A DNA stretch of 33,000 nucleotides from Antechinus flavipes (GCF_016432865.1 NC_067402.1:200167001-200200000); one strand, 5' to 3'; counted from the stretch's first letter, positions 8,751-22,397 are shown. Numbers and translations are program-made. Notes: generated by a model not told the origin, from the sequence alone.

Positions 8751-10699
8751 GTGGCTTTGCAGTCTGAAAATGTTCATTAATTTGGATGATTTATTACTTT
8801 AATATACTTTAAGGAAGCCAATCAATTTAAATTATGGCAGGAAATCTTTTCATATGCCTTTCAAATTACACCGTGCAGCTAATTATAAACTATTCATAAA
8901 GCTGGTCCTAATGTTAATAAGCAGGACTCTGCTAATTGGATAATAAAGGGATTCATGATGGGGGGTGGGGCAGGAAAAGGAGGAAAGTTGTGTATTTCCC
9001 TTACTTGGATTTAATCTAGGTTGGAAAATAATTTCCTCTTGGTAATCTGGCCCTTTCCTCTCACCAGCTATTTCCTTTTAATCCACTAACTGCCAGGGTC
9101 ACCATGATTTCTGAAACAGGAAATCCAAAAGAAAAGCTCAGAAGGTTTTGTCAACCATTTTTTGCCCAATACTTCATAAAGCAAGTTGCCAAACAAGCTT
9201 ATATTTAAGACACAATTCAAAGAAGCATAACCATAGATATAGGGCAAACAGCCCAGGTAAACAACATCAAAGCGTTCTCCTCTGTCTTTTTCTCCTTCCT
9301 TTTGACACACTCAAATCAATGACCATATTAGAAGGGGCATATTAATAGTATTAACTCAAAGACTTGAACATTCCTTGCTTTTATATGTTGCCCACTGGCA
9401 GCTTTGGAATAGGAGTGAGACTGATATCCACTGTAGACCTTTTGGCAATAAATGCTGCCATCATGTTCCCAAAGTTAAGTTACTGTGCTTTTCCTGCTTA
9501 TGGCAAGGAAAAAAGTGCCCTGAAAGAATTGAAAGGAACCATGAGCAAGTTTTTTTTTTTTTTTAAATTTCCCCTGACTATCATATAGCAAAAGTTGACC
9601 TAAAACAATGGTTTCCACTAACATTTCCCAAAGGTCATGTTCCAGTATTACCAAGTAGTTGAGGGAGAAGAGATGTGGGAAACAAGCCCGCATCTTGAAT
9701 CCCCAAAAAGCATGCAATTTACATGTTTGCATTCAATATGTAATCTATTTTCTAGAAGTTTTTAACCTGGCACGTTATTCTTCTGTCACTGATGATTTTT
9801 ATCATTCTTATTCCTTCTCCTTGGGACGTGATCCTCTATTGACTTATAGTCTCCACACTATAGAGATACAACAGAAAGAGGAAAAACCTGTGAGGATTAA
9901 AGAACTAAAAGATTGAAAACAAGCTTATGAAATCAATTTTCACCACAAGAAATCTTAGACATCATCTAGTTTGAACATGTTCTCTTTGGGAATTGTATCC
10001 CTGAAAAGTCTATTTAGGGCACAGAGGTTGATGGATGATACGAGCAAAGTGTAGGCTCTGTTTGGAAGGGGGCCATTTACATTTCATCTGGTGAGAGGCC
10101 AGCCACTAACCCTTGTGGGAAAAAAGATTTTTGGAACACTCAAATGGGAGGAGTAAGAGAGAGCCAGAGAATAGACAAAAGAGAGAGCGAAAGAAAAATA
10201 TTGATATAGTGCCAGTAGACATTCAACAGCTTCCCTTAATTCCTTCTGTTAATAACAAAATCCCCACTCTGCTCTTGAAGCACTTTGTAAATATGAAAAG
10301 TTCAGCATTGTAGTACTAGAAAAACAACATTTCTTTGACTAAGATTCCACTAGAATAATTTGAGAAACAAGGTCATCTTTCGGACATCAAGATTTTAGCC
10401 TTCATCCTACTGACAAGCCAGCATGGGAACTGGGAAACTTAGATTTGTACCCCTCAGGATTGCAGGTGAGAATAAAGGTTCTTAGGTAAATAGGTACTCA
10501 AAATGGTTTTTGCTTGACTTAATCCTTTGTTCTGTAAATATTCTTTCGTCATTCTTGAGTAAACAGTCATCTTATTATTTCATGCTATCAAATTTTAATT
10601 GCCTTTTGAGAGGTTCAGAGAAAATTGAGAGTTTGAGAAAACTCTTGAGAAAAAACTTGAGAAAAGTAGTTTTGAACACATCATAGATCCCAAAATATA

Positions 10700-10810
10700 A
10701 ATTGAGATATTGATAGGCCCCTGGAGATCTGGTCCAACAACTTTCTTTTATAGATGAGCAAATCCAGAGAGGTTCTAGTAGAAGTTAGAATTTGAACTCC
10801 AGATCCAGGG
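10700..10810 (-). mobile_element. MIR-type SINE fragment
   Basis: ttttatagatgag...agttagaatttgaactccag core remnant. Confidence 0.45.
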
Positions 10811-10892
10811 CCCTAGATGACAAACTCAAATAAAATTTAAGATTTATGTAAGTACCTGGGCACTACACCTCATTTTATAAAATTAAGTCCTT

Positions 10893-13138
10893 CACAGACA
10901 TGATACTGATACCTAAATCAGGTAGGATGAAAACAGAGAAAGAAAATTATAGACCAATTTCCTTAATGAATATTGATGTAAAAATGTTAAATAACATATT
11001 AGCAAAGAGATTACAGAAAGTCATCCCCAGGACCAATGACCAAGTAGAATTTATAACAGGAATGCAGGGCTGATTCAATATTAGGAAAACTATTAACATA
11101 ATTGACTATATCCATAACCAAACTAACAAAAAACCTTATGATTACCTCAATAGATGCAGAAAAAGCATTTGATAAAATACAACAAAAAAAATTTCCATCC
11201 ATTCCTATTAAAAACACTAGAGAGTATAGGAATAAATGGACTTTTCCTAAAAATGATCAGTAGTATCTGGTTAAAATCATCAGCAAGCATCATATGCAAG
11301 GAGGACAGACTAGAATCATTCCCAGTAAGATCAGGGGTGAAACAAGATTGCCCACTATCACCATTACTACTCAATATTGTATTAGAAATGTTAGATTTGT
11401 CAATAAGAGAAGAAAAAGATATTAAAAGAATTAGAGTAGGTAATGAGGAAGCCAAATTATTACTCTTTGTAGATGATATGATGGTATACTTAGAGAACTT
11501 TAGAGAATCAACTAAAAAACCACTAGAAACAATCCACAACTTTATCAGGATACAAAATAAATCCACATAAATCATCAGCATTTTTATATGTTATCTACAA
11601 AGTCCAGCAGCAAGCGATACAAAGAGAAATTCCATTTAAAATAACTGTCAATAACATAAAATATTTGGGAGACTACCTGCCAAGGCAAAGTCAGGAACTA
11701 TATGAACACAACTACATAACACTTTCCACACAAAATCAAATTTAAACAATTGGAAAAATATCAAGTGCTCGGGTAGACTAAGAATATATAATAAAAATGA
11801 CAATACTACCTAAATTAATCTACTTATTTAGTCAATCAAGAAAGTATTTTACTGATTTAGAAAAAAAATAATAACAAAGTTCATCTGTAAGAACAAAATT
11901 TCAAGAATTTCAAGGGAATTAATGAAAAAATTGCAAATAAAGGTGGCCTAGCTGTACCAGATCTAAAACTATATTATAAAGTAATGGTCATCAAAACCAT
12001 TTGGTACTGGCTAAGAATTTTACATTCAAGAGTTCTGATAAAGACCTCATTTCTAAAATATAAAGAGAACTGACTCAAACTTATAAGAATTTGATAAATG
12101 GTCAGAGGATATGAACAGACAATTTTCAGATGAAGAAATTGATATCACTTCTAATCATATGAAAAGGGGTTCTAAATCACTGTTGATCAGAGAAATGCAA
12201 ATTAAGACAACTCTGAGGTACCACTACATACCTTTCAGATTGGCTAAGATGAGAGGAAAAGATAATGATAAATGCTGGAGGGTATGTGGGAAAACTGGGA
12301 CACTAATACATTGTTGGTGGAATTGTGAATGGATCTAACCATTCTGGAGAGCAATTTGGAGCTATGTTCAAAAAGTTATCAAACTGCATACCCTTTGATC
12401 CAGCAGTGTTACTACTGGTCTTATATCCCAAAGAGATATTAAAGAAGGGAAAGGGACCTGTATGTGCAAAAATGTTTGTGGCAGCCCTTTGTAGTGGCAA
12501 GGAACTAGATACAGAATGGATGCCCATCATTGGAGAATGGCTGAATAAATTGTGGTATATGAATGTTATAGAATATTATTGTTCTGTAAGAAATGATCAG
12601 CAGGATAATTTCAGAGAAGCCAGGAGAGACCTACATGAACTGATGCTAAGTGAAATGAGCAGAATCAGAAGATCATTGCAAACAACAACAAGAAGATTAT
12701 ACAATGATCAATTCTGATGGATTTGGCTCTTTCCAACAATGAGATGACTGATGCCAGCTCTAATTGTTCAGTGATGAAGAGAGCCATCTACACCCAGAGA
12801 GAGGCCTGTGGGAACTGAATGTGGTTCACAACATAGCATTTTTACTTTTTTTTATTATTGTTTGCTTGCATTTTATTTTCTTTCTCATTTGTTTCCTATT
12901 TGATCTGATTTTTCTTGTGCAGCAAGATAATTGTATAAATTGGTATGCATATATTGGATTTAACATATATTTCTACCATGTTTGACATTTATTGAATTAC
13001 TTGCTATCTAAGGAAGGGGGTGGAAAAAGGGAGGGAATTGGAATACAAGATTTTGCAAGGGTTAATGTTGAAAAATTGGTTTAATGTTGAAAAATTATTG
13101 ACGCATATGTTTTGAAAACAAAAAAACTTTAATTAAAA
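10893..13138 (+). mobile_element. 5'-truncated LINE-1 (RT domain to 3' end) with an internal deletion near 12017 and a 14-bp TSD
   Basis: RT peptide CPLSPLLLNIVLE...LFVDDM (ORF 11154-11570) and an A-rich tail. TSD AAAATTAAGTCCTT at 10879-10892 and 13139-13152. Inserted into a MIR core. Confidence 0.95.
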
Positions 13139-13494
13139 AAAATTAAGTCCTTAAGGTGATAATTGACTTTGCCGAGTTCACATAGAAAGCAAATAGAGTC
13201 CGAGGATGTTCAAGTTAGAAACAGAGAAGGCTGTGCCAGGATGCATGCATGTTTATTATTTGGCTATGAATACAATTTAAAAAAACTTTATCTTAATGCA
13301 AATATTAAAGAAACTGTTATATAATTTGGTGGGAAAATCCAAACCATTTATCTTACACATTTGATAAAAGTTCCCAAAGCTGTATTTGTGAATCTAGAGA
13401 TTCCTGGAAAATGGATTTGATATGACCCTCTTTGCCATATAACTAATATGTATAAAAGAGGCATGAAAATTATGAGTCTTATAAGGAAGTAACG

Positions 13495-14170
13495 CCATCA
13501 CTGGAGCTCACTGAGTAGGACATGATCAGATCTATTGTTTAGAAAAATCTTTTTGGCAGCAAGTAGGGCATGGATTGGAGAAGAAAGAGATTTGAAGCAG
13601 AGAAACTTATTAGAAGGTTATTACAGTAACCGAAAAGGGATATAATGGCAGCTTGAAGTACGGTTGTAGCTATATGATTGATGGTAAAAAGACATATTTT
13701 ATTGATATTGTTGCTCAGTCACATTTGACGCTGTGATCCCATTTTAGGGTTTGGGGGCAGAAATACTAGCATGAATTATTGTTTCTTTCTCCGCTCATTT
13801 TACAAAGGAGGAACTGAGGCAAGGAGGGTTAAGTGACTTCCCCAGTCATAGCTAGTAAGTGTCTGAGACCAGACTTGGACTCAGGAAGATGAGAGTTCCT
13901 AATTCCAAGCCCAGTAGACTAGATATTGTGCCATTTAGTGCCATAGGAACAAACATATATACATATATATGTATATGTATTATATTTTGAAGGTAAAAAC
14001 AAGACGATACAGCAATGGATTAGAAATGTGGAGTGAATCACAAGTCAAGTGAATGTGGAATCAAGGAAGACATTGAAAGTGAGAGCTGGAAGGACTGAGA
14101 AAATGGTGGTCTTCTTGACACTAATGAAAAATTTGGGCTGGAAGAGTGTTTATAAGAAATGATAAGATAT
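13495..14170 (-). mobile_element. LINE-2 fragment, interrupted by MAR1
   Basis: GA-rich L2 antisense pattern (catgatcagatct...gcagagaaacttattagaaggttattacagt...). Confidence 0.6.
13708..13942 (-). mobile_element. MAR1-type marsupial CORE-SINE
   Basis: ttgttgctcagtc tail and ctcattttacaaaggaggaactgaggc...gttaagtgactt...gtgtctgagaccagacttggactcagg. Confidence 0.8.
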
Positions 14171-14263
14171 GGGGTTTCTATATGACCTCTTACCAGTCAT
14201 TTTCCCATGCATTATTTCTACATAGTCCTTTTTTCCCTGCACTGAGTCAAATACCACTGGTAA

Positions 14264-14797
14264 TGTTGAGGTCTAAATTTGGGGTACTTAAATGAAATTA
14301 GGGTTTAGTTGAGGTCTAGTAGCAGGTTTGGGGTACAGGGAGTCAAATGGAGCTCCCTTGCAATCCCCCTGGATTTGGCGCAAGGATATGGTGGTAAATG
14401 AGGTCTAATAGTGGTGGGACTCCCCAATAAAGGCATTTATTGGCCCAAGAGCTAGATTGATAAAAGAGGTTTATTATTGGGCTTGGAAGAAAGGAGATAG
14501 GTGAAGGTAGAGATAAGGAGGGCACCAGACAGAGGGTCCAGTGGATAGAGGGTCCTCACATGGCTAGCATGTTTGGGACCTCTGCAAAGAGGGGCTCCCA
14601 ATGTGTCCCTTTTATAATAGGAGATTTAGCTAGAGAGGCTTTTTGGGTGTAGCCCCAAAGATGGCTCCGATGTGGGTGGGGCTGGGACAGGTCCGGATCT
14701 TCTATTGGAATACAAAAGGACCAGGATTTGTGAGTTAAAGAGTAATTACATTAACTAGGAGCGGGTGGGAATCTAAAAAGGAATCTTTCCCACATCA
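14264..14797 (-). mobile_element. Solo LTR (534 bp), ERV1-like 4-bp TSD
   Basis: TG...CA ends with GTAA on both sides (14260-14263, 14798-14801). On the minus strand, CCAAT (14704-14708), TATAAAA (14610-14616) and AATAAA (14470-14475) occur in the correct order. Confidence 0.85.
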
Positions 14798-15449
14798 GTA
14801 AAGGTTTCAGACTGAAAGTACAGGTTGTGACTTGCTCTCTACTCCCAGCATTAGCACACATGTCTGTGTCAAGCGGCTACCATAGCACAGGCTTCAAACT
14901 TTGTTACCTGTGCCTCCCCTCCCCTCCCACAATCTACCTTGGATCAGGTGCTCAATCTCTCCTTCAGTGGTGCTATTTATTTCCAATAGGAGAATTATGA
15001 ACAATAGACTCATCAGGTTATCTGGGTCAGCATGCTCTGTGTAGTCAATTATCTTAGGGCTCATCATTCATTCCCTTCCATCTTCAAAATCTGAATCAAG
15101 ATTGATTTTTTTCCCAGCCTAAAATTTATTGCAAATGTCTCCATCAGGTATCTCATGCCTAAGTACTTTATATTCTGTGATATCATCCAAATGTTTCCCA
15201 GAAATAATCTTCGGAGTGTTGACAGTTCTCTAGTAATAGATTTCCCCCCTTCCAATAAAAATGTTGTACAATCTAACCTATGACTTTGGCTGACTCATTC
15301 AGGATTACATAGCACTGTATTTATTCTCTTTATCCTGAAGGAGCTTGCATTGATCACAAAGTTTAAGATCTTTGTATAGACTACATGGGAATCAGATAAG
15401 CAGTGTGCTACAATGACCTAGTCAACAAAAAAAACATGTCTTTTCTCTT

Positions 15450-16800
15450 TGTCAGTCAATAAGCATTTATTTTACAATTTGCCAAATACTGTGTTCAGTG
15501 CCTGGACTACAATTAGAAACAAAAAGAATATAAGCTTCTCCCTCAAAGAGCTAACATTTTTATGGATAATGCAATACATAAAAGAGGAGCTGAAAAGTGG
15601 GGTAGAGGGAAGAAAGTACAGAGGGAAGAAGGTACTTGCATGAGAGTATGTGGCTAAATCTAGAGAATGAATTCAGTCTTTCTTCAAAATAAAAGGTCTG
15701 GAAAGAACTCATCAGTGGGAGAAGGGGCCAATTTTACCTTCTTATCTCATCCCAGGTTTCAAGAAGTAAATGTTGATATTTTCTCATAAATTACAACATA
15801 ACATTTTTTTTTATTATTTAACCAATAATCTGTGCCCCACCCCAGCTTATAAAATATTATTTATTAAAGAAATCAGAGAAACTTTTCTGCCATAAGCTTA
15901 TCTTCATCTCTATATCCATATGAAATTCCCTAATCCCATAGATTAGGATCTGTGCTCAAAGAAACCTGTTTCTCTAAGTTACTAGCTTTTCAAATCATCA
16001 AAAGTACAACAAACAAATAATTATAATACATCTATGAATAGAACATCACATCTAACCAACATGGCTCAGTTTTGGAAATGTAGTTCCAACATTTAACTCT
16101 CTTAGAATGGCAGACAAAGATTCTTAAGAATTTTCTTCATAATGTTCTTTGAAAGATAAAAGTTAAATTCTTTTCTTTTAGGATCTTACCTTTTCTATTT
16201 TTTCTCCTTAACTCAATCTTCAGGATAGAAGTTTTCTTGGTCCATAATCTCTGTTCTTCATTTAATCTCTCTCTAGCCATCAAGGTTAATCTCCATTTCC
16301 TTATATAATTAAGCCATATTCCTAATATTTCATTTCAATATTCCAAGCATGGGGAATAGTCCAAATGAAAAGTCATATAGATAGGAGAAAGAATATCATC
16401 TATAGGCAATAGCAGTGAATAGAAAGATGCTGTAAGAGGGAGCAATAGGTAATGTCTATGAAATTGGGCTGGAGCCAGATTGTAAAGCATTTTAAATGCC
16501 ACTGAGAGTTCGTATTTTAACCGAGAAGTAACAGAAAGCTTCAGTTTGGCAAGTCTGTGGAAGATGGACCAGGGAGGGGACAGATGTGATATAAATAAAT
16601 CAATTAGGAGAGTAATCTAATAGTCCAAATAAGAGATGTTAAAGGTACAGGCAAAGGGGGTAGCCATGTAAGTGAAGAAAAGGAGACAGATGGTGGAGAC
16701 ATAGTGGAAGTAGGGTTGAAAAGATTGGCAATTGATTAATGATGGATGAGATGCGAGAAGCCCTGAAGAGTCAAATAACTCTAGGACAGTTATTTGAACC
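15450..16800 (-). mobile_element. LINE-2 fragments (3' tip about 15450-15560; body about 16380-16800)
   Basis: gtcagtcaataagcatttatt...gtgcctgg tip and ggagccagattgtaaagcattttaaatgcc body. Confidence 0.6.
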
Positions 16801-17152
16801 ATACATGGCACTTGGGAAACTATGTATGGACTTTACAAAGCAAACAGTCGAGATCAACTTGTTTCTTTTCTTAAGTTGGAGGAAAATTAGTATAGCATCG
16901 TAATAAGTCTTCTGCTACAAGAGATTGTGATCTCTCATGTCTCCACCGGGTGGCAGGGCACTCAAACTACAGGTCCAGGTGGTGGAGCTGTTTAAAATCC
17001 ATGCTGAGCAAGGAAATTAAATGGTATAAAGTACTGGCTCTCTGCTAAAACCTTCCCATTTACAGGACACAGGCAATCAACATGTCTCAGTCACACTTAA
17101 AAAACATGCTCATATCTATTTCGCTTACAACTTATTTTAAAGAAAAAATCAG

Positions 17153-17745
17153 ATCCCCAAAGGGCTATAAAACTATACATATCCTTTGGCCCAGCAGTGC
17201 CATTACTGGGTCTGTATCCCAACGGAATCATCAGGGAGGGAAAAGGACTCTCATTGCAAGAATGTTTGTAGCAGCTTTTTTTGTGGTAGCAAAGAATTGG
17301 AAAATGAATGAATGTCCATCAACTGGGGAGCGGTTGAGCAAGTTGTGGTATATGAAAATAATGGAATATTGTTGTTCTTTGTATAAAAAATGATGAACAA
17401 GCTGATTTTAGAAAGTCCTGCAAAGATTTACATGAACTGAGATTGAGCAAAACAAGCAGAACCAGGAATACATCATACACAGTAACAGCAAGATGGTGCG
17501 ATGATCAACTATGAAAGACTTGGTTCTTCTCAGCAGTTCAGTGATCCAAGGTAATCCCAATAGACTTTGGATAGAAAATGCCATCTGCATCCAGAAAGAA
17601 CTATGGAAACTGAATGTAAATCAATACATGCTATTTTCACTTTTTTTTTTTCCTCTTGTGGTTTTTCCTTTTTGTTCTGATCTTTTTTCTCCCAACATGA
17701 TTCATAAAAAAATGTGTATTTAAAAAGTTAATATACATGTATAAT
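17153..17745 (+). mobile_element. LINE-1 3' end (same subfamily as 21623-22160)
   Basis: ORF2 tail MFVAAFFVVAKNWK...CPSTGE.LSKLWYM. The 3' UTR shares tgatcaactatgaaagacttgg with 21905-21927. Confidence 0.9.
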
Positions 17746-18844
17746 CAGAAAAAATAATAAAACAATTAATTTTTTAAATAAAAGAAGATTAGCAAAAATC
17801 TCTTCTAGGTGACTTGATCGATGAAGCAATGGGGGTCACTGGAGAAGTGAAAGATTTTGTTTCCCTGAGAATAATGCATTAAAAAAATTATCTAAATGCT
17901 GTCACCATGAAAATAACCTAAAATAAGGATAAAAACTACACTGTAGTGATGAAGGCACTTATGTTTTTTGAGGCATTCATTTTTAAAAGATGGTATAACC
18001 TGGACTTTTGAGGATGCCCAGTTTGTTAAAAAGATGGGTAGGGTAGCCCCCTTTGATTGGTCACTGAATCTTTAAAACTGGTGAGACCAAGGTAGTCTCT
18101 CTCTTCCCATCATTTTTTTGGGCTGCACTTTCATATCTGCAATCCTCCTGGATCATCATGACTCACACGGCTACATACCTGTCCATTTCCCACTACCTAA
18201 AACTGAGAACAAATAATGCAGAACAGAAACAAACATCTCCAGGACTATTTCTTTGGAGCCTGGGTAAAAGGAAAGGCAAATCCCTCCCTTCTCATCAGTT
18301 CAGTACATGGTTATTCATGCTGAGCAAAGCAAATAAGAGTTACAGAAAAAGAGTCTGGCCAAAAAAAAAAAAAATGATGAAAAGAGAGGGCCAACTTTGC
18401 CTCACAAATTTTAAAGACTTATCCATGCAGCGCCCTTATTTTCAGCCAAACCAGGTATACTCAAAGGACCAGGTTATATTAGCCAAAACAAAAGTGAAAG
18501 AAAAATTGATCTGCGCTTGAAAGGTGGTGGTTTCCCCTCAGAAGTCTTCAAGCAGAAGCTTAAAGCTGATCCAAGGCTGAAGAGCAATGGATTTCCAAGA
18601 TTTTCTTTTTTCTGTTAGAATAAAGAAAATCAAGAAAACAATCATAATTGAGATTCTTTCAGTGAGAGGTCAGAGTGACCAAGAGATTGTAAAATTATTC
18701 ATTCTAGTATAGAGCTAGAGAAGGGAAAATTGAGCATTCAGGCTGGTAAATGTCCATTAGATTCTTTCAGTCTGACTTTTCCTGGAGCAAGATTAAAAAG
18801 GTACTCAGTGTTGGGGCAAAAAAATGGGAATAGATAAACAATAA

Positions 18845-19680
18845 ATACATCAACTAATAAGCATTAATTAAACATCTGTAGCCAAAGGATCTGGGTTCTT
18901 ATTATGGGAGCATTGGGACAAAAAGAACAATAATATGGTACCAAAAATAACTTCATTGAATTGATATAAGCTCATGTTTCTAACAGCAGAGAGGAAAATG
19001 CTGTAAAGACTGGAAAACCAGTTGCCTGAAGGGAAACTTGAGGCTTCAATAAACCTAACTAGGGTGTTGTCTTTAATGCAAACTTCCCCTGAAAATGCAA
19101 TCTAAAGATTTAAAAGTCCCTAGGCTATTATAGATAAAAAATGCACCTGGATGGATTTATTCTACTACCTGGCTGTTCAAGTGTTGTGTATAATTCCTTT
19201 GGAATTATATCATATATATGGGTGTGCTCCTTGTGGCAATAGGAAGCCACTAAAATCTATACAATCAGCATGTAACATGGCCAATCAGATCTATGCTTAA
19301 AGAAAGTCTCTCTGACAAGTGGGGGATAGACCAGAGCAAGAAGGAGACTTGAGCAAAGAGTACAATTAGGAGATCGCTGTAATAGTATAGGCTGGAGGTG
19401 ATAAGGCCCTGAACTAAATGGTGGTGTGATTTGTAAAAAGGGGGAGATTGCTGAATAAATAGATATGGCAAGACTCAGCATCTGATTTCATATACAGGCT
19501 TAGGGAGGAAGAAGAGGTAAGAAAGATAATGAGGTTGTTTTAGGGAAATAGGGAAGTTTAGAAAAGTTGTGGATAATGAGGAAAAATAACAAATTTTGTT
19601 TTGGGGTATATTGAATCTGAACTTCCTATAGCACACACAAGTGGTGATGAGTACTGAAGTTCTGAAAAGTCTAGGGCTGG
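18845..19680 (-). mobile_element. LINE-2 pieces, left part (continues at 24850-25200 and 25535-25720)
   Basis: L2 3' tip at about 18845 and body at about 19250-19680, ending agggctggata. The consensus resumes at 24855 (catatagatctggaagtcatc). Confidence 0.65.
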
Positions 19681-19831
19681 ATAGGAGAGGATTCCTGGAA
19701 CACGGTAGAGTAAGTCAGAAAATTTTCAGCTCTCCAAATTTCCTCCACAGAAAAAAATAGAACATTGCCTCAGAAATAACATAGAAGAGCAGAAGTAATC
19801 AAAAATCAAGATAAAGCAGTTGATATCTCTT

Positions 19832-20352
19832 TTTACCTTTTTAAAAATTAAATCTTTTTATTTTTTAAAACATATGCATGAATAATTTTCAACATTCACC
19901 CTTGCAAAATCTTGGGATCCAACTTTTTTCCCTCTCTTCCCTCCATCCCTTCCCCGAGATGGCAAGCAATTCAATATATGTCAAATATATGTCAAAAAAC
20001 AGCAATTCTTCTATACATATTTCCACAAATATCATGCTGCACAAGAAAAATCAGATCAAAAAGGAAAAAAGTGAGAAAGAAAACAAAATGAAAGCAAACA
20101 ACAACAAAAAGAATGAAAATGCTATGTTGTGATCCACACTCAGTTCCTATAGTTCTCTCTGTGGGTGTAGCTGATTCTCTTTATAACTGAACATTTGGAA
20201 CTGGCCTGAATCCTCTTGTTGCTGAAGAGAGCCTTGTCCATCAGAATTGATCATCCTATAGTCTTGTTGTTGCCATGTGTAATGATCTCCTAGCTCTGCT
20301 CATTTCATTTAGCATCAGTTCATGTAAGTCTCTCCAGGTATCTCTGAAATCC
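19832..20352 (-). mobile_element. LINE-1 3' end inserted in the copy B 5' UTR
   Basis: T-rich start and an antisense L1 3' UTR. TSD core AAGCAGTTGAT at 19814-19824 and 20353-20363. Confidence 0.88.
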
Positions 20353-22397
20353 AAGCAGTTGATCACTTAAGACAACCAAAGAAAATCCTAGGAAAGACCT
20401 GACCTTCAGGGGCAGAGGTTCTGCCATAATGAAGAGGAAATGTTTAGTCTAGGTGCAGAATCAACAAACAACAAGCTCTGGGGGCAGCTTCAGGCTTAGA
20501 AATGTCCATCTCTCAGACAGTGTGGGGTTCTGATGGTGGAGGAGAAAATTGAAGGACCTTCCCCTGTGGAGGGATGCTAAGCATAGCTGTGTTAACTAGA
20601 CACATCCATCCTGGGACAGACTGCAACTGCCTGGGAGAAAGAGGTACCGCCATCTGGGCAGTGCAGTAGCAGAGGGGCAAGGACTCTGGTGGCCGTGGGC
20701 ACCTGCAGGTGAGCAGAGTCCCTGGTTTCATTTGCAGGGAAGGGAGGACAACTGTAGTCTGCAGCCACCAGAGGGATTGCAGGAAATAAAATCCTAAGTA
20801 GGAACAGAACAGAAGGACCTGAGTCTTGGGGCATTATTCTCCTTTCTTCATAGAAGTCTAGAACCGAATCTCACTAATAGTTGCTAAAAATAAAATAAGA
20901 AAACCAAAAATAATTAGCAAAAAACCGTAGATAGCTACTATGGTGATAGAGAACACCAAGGTTTATATTCAAAGGAAGATACTAAAGCTAAAAAAGCCAT
21001 TGCTTTCTTTTCCCGTAAAAAATATCAAATGGTCCTGATTTTAAAAAGAATTCTGGGAAAAACTAAAAAAGAGTTTTAAAAACCAAATAAGAAAAATTGA
21101 GGAAAAATGAGGGGAAAATGGAGCAATACAAGAAAATTATGAAAAGAAAGTCAACCAACTTAAAATAGAGAAACAAAAACTTAAGGAAGAAAATCATTCC
21201 TTGAAAACTAGAATTGGGTAAAAGAAAGCTAATATATTCTAAGACACAAAGAAATAAAACAAAAACAAAAGAATGAAAAAATAGAAAAGAATGTGAAACA
21301 TCAGAAAAACAATGGATCTGGAGGACAGATCAAGGAGAAATAATATAAAAATAGTCAGGTTGCCAGAAAATTGTGATTTAAAAAAGACTCTTGTTACAAT
21401 ATTACAAGAAATTATAAAGGAAAAAGGAGTTCTAAAACAAAAAGGCAAAACAGAAATAGAAAAAAATCCAACAATCATCACTTGAAGGACTTTCCAGGAA
21501 GAAAATTTTCAAGAATATCATAGCCAAGTTTCAGAGCTCCCAAGTTAAGAAGAAAATATTGGAAGCAACAAGAAAAAAACTATTTAAATATTATGGAGCT
21601 AAAATTAAGATTACACAAGACCATGCAAAAGAAATTTTAAAGGAGGGAAAAGGACACATATGTGAAAAAATATTTGTAGCAGCTTTTTTTTGTGATAATA
21701 AAGAATTAGAAAATGAGTAGATGCTCATCAATTGGGAAATGGCTGATAAGTTGTGGTATATGAAGATAACAGAATATTATTGTTCTATAAAAATGATGAA
21801 CAAGCTAATTTTAGAAAGGTCTGGAAAGATTTACAAATACTGATGCCAAGCAAAGCAAGCAAAACTAGGAATACATCATATTTAGTAACAGCAAGAATGT
21901 ATTATGATCAACTATGAAAGACTTGGTTTTTCTCAGTGGTTCAGTGTTCAAAGCAATCCCAATAGTCTTTGGACAGAAAATGCCATCTACATCCTGAAAA
22001 AGAAATGAATGTAAATCAACACATGTTATGTTCACTTCTTTTTTCTGTTGTTTTTTTTTTTTAATCTCTTCCATGGTTTTTCCCTTTTGTTCTGATTTTT
22101 TTTCTCTCACCGTGATTCATAAAGTAATGTGTATTAAAAATAAATTTATTAGAAAAAAATTATTAAAAAAGACAAGTAATCTCTATTTTGATTGAATGCT
22201 CAATTAAAAACCCAAAATATATTAAAATGAAAAAAAAAAAAAAAAGAAGAGTATCCTTTGTCCATCTTTGACCAGATTGAAAGGAGAGTATTTAAATAAG
22301 GAATGATTGTTTTCAGGAAGATAGTTTCTCTAACTTACTATTGTTCTTTTTGGTAATTTAGCTTAATAGGTAAATTAAAGCTATATACCTTTGTTTC

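Noticed and set aside
9340-9475. Minus-strand peptide LWEHDGSIYCQKVY resembling a LIM-domain end
   Set aside because: An in-frame TAA lies immediately upstream, with no usable acceptor and no other LIM ligands.
11147-11581. 144-aa minus-strand ORF
   Set aside because: It is the antisense shadow of the L1 RT region.
6975-12717. L1 ORF2 pieces as functional genes
   Set aside because: They are 5'-truncated with many stops and frameshifts, and FADD is changed to FVDD.
18416-18617. ATG-less 67-codon open frame (…KGGGFPSEVFKQKLKADPRL…)
   Set aside because: No recognisable family and no convincing splice sites. This length is expected by chance.
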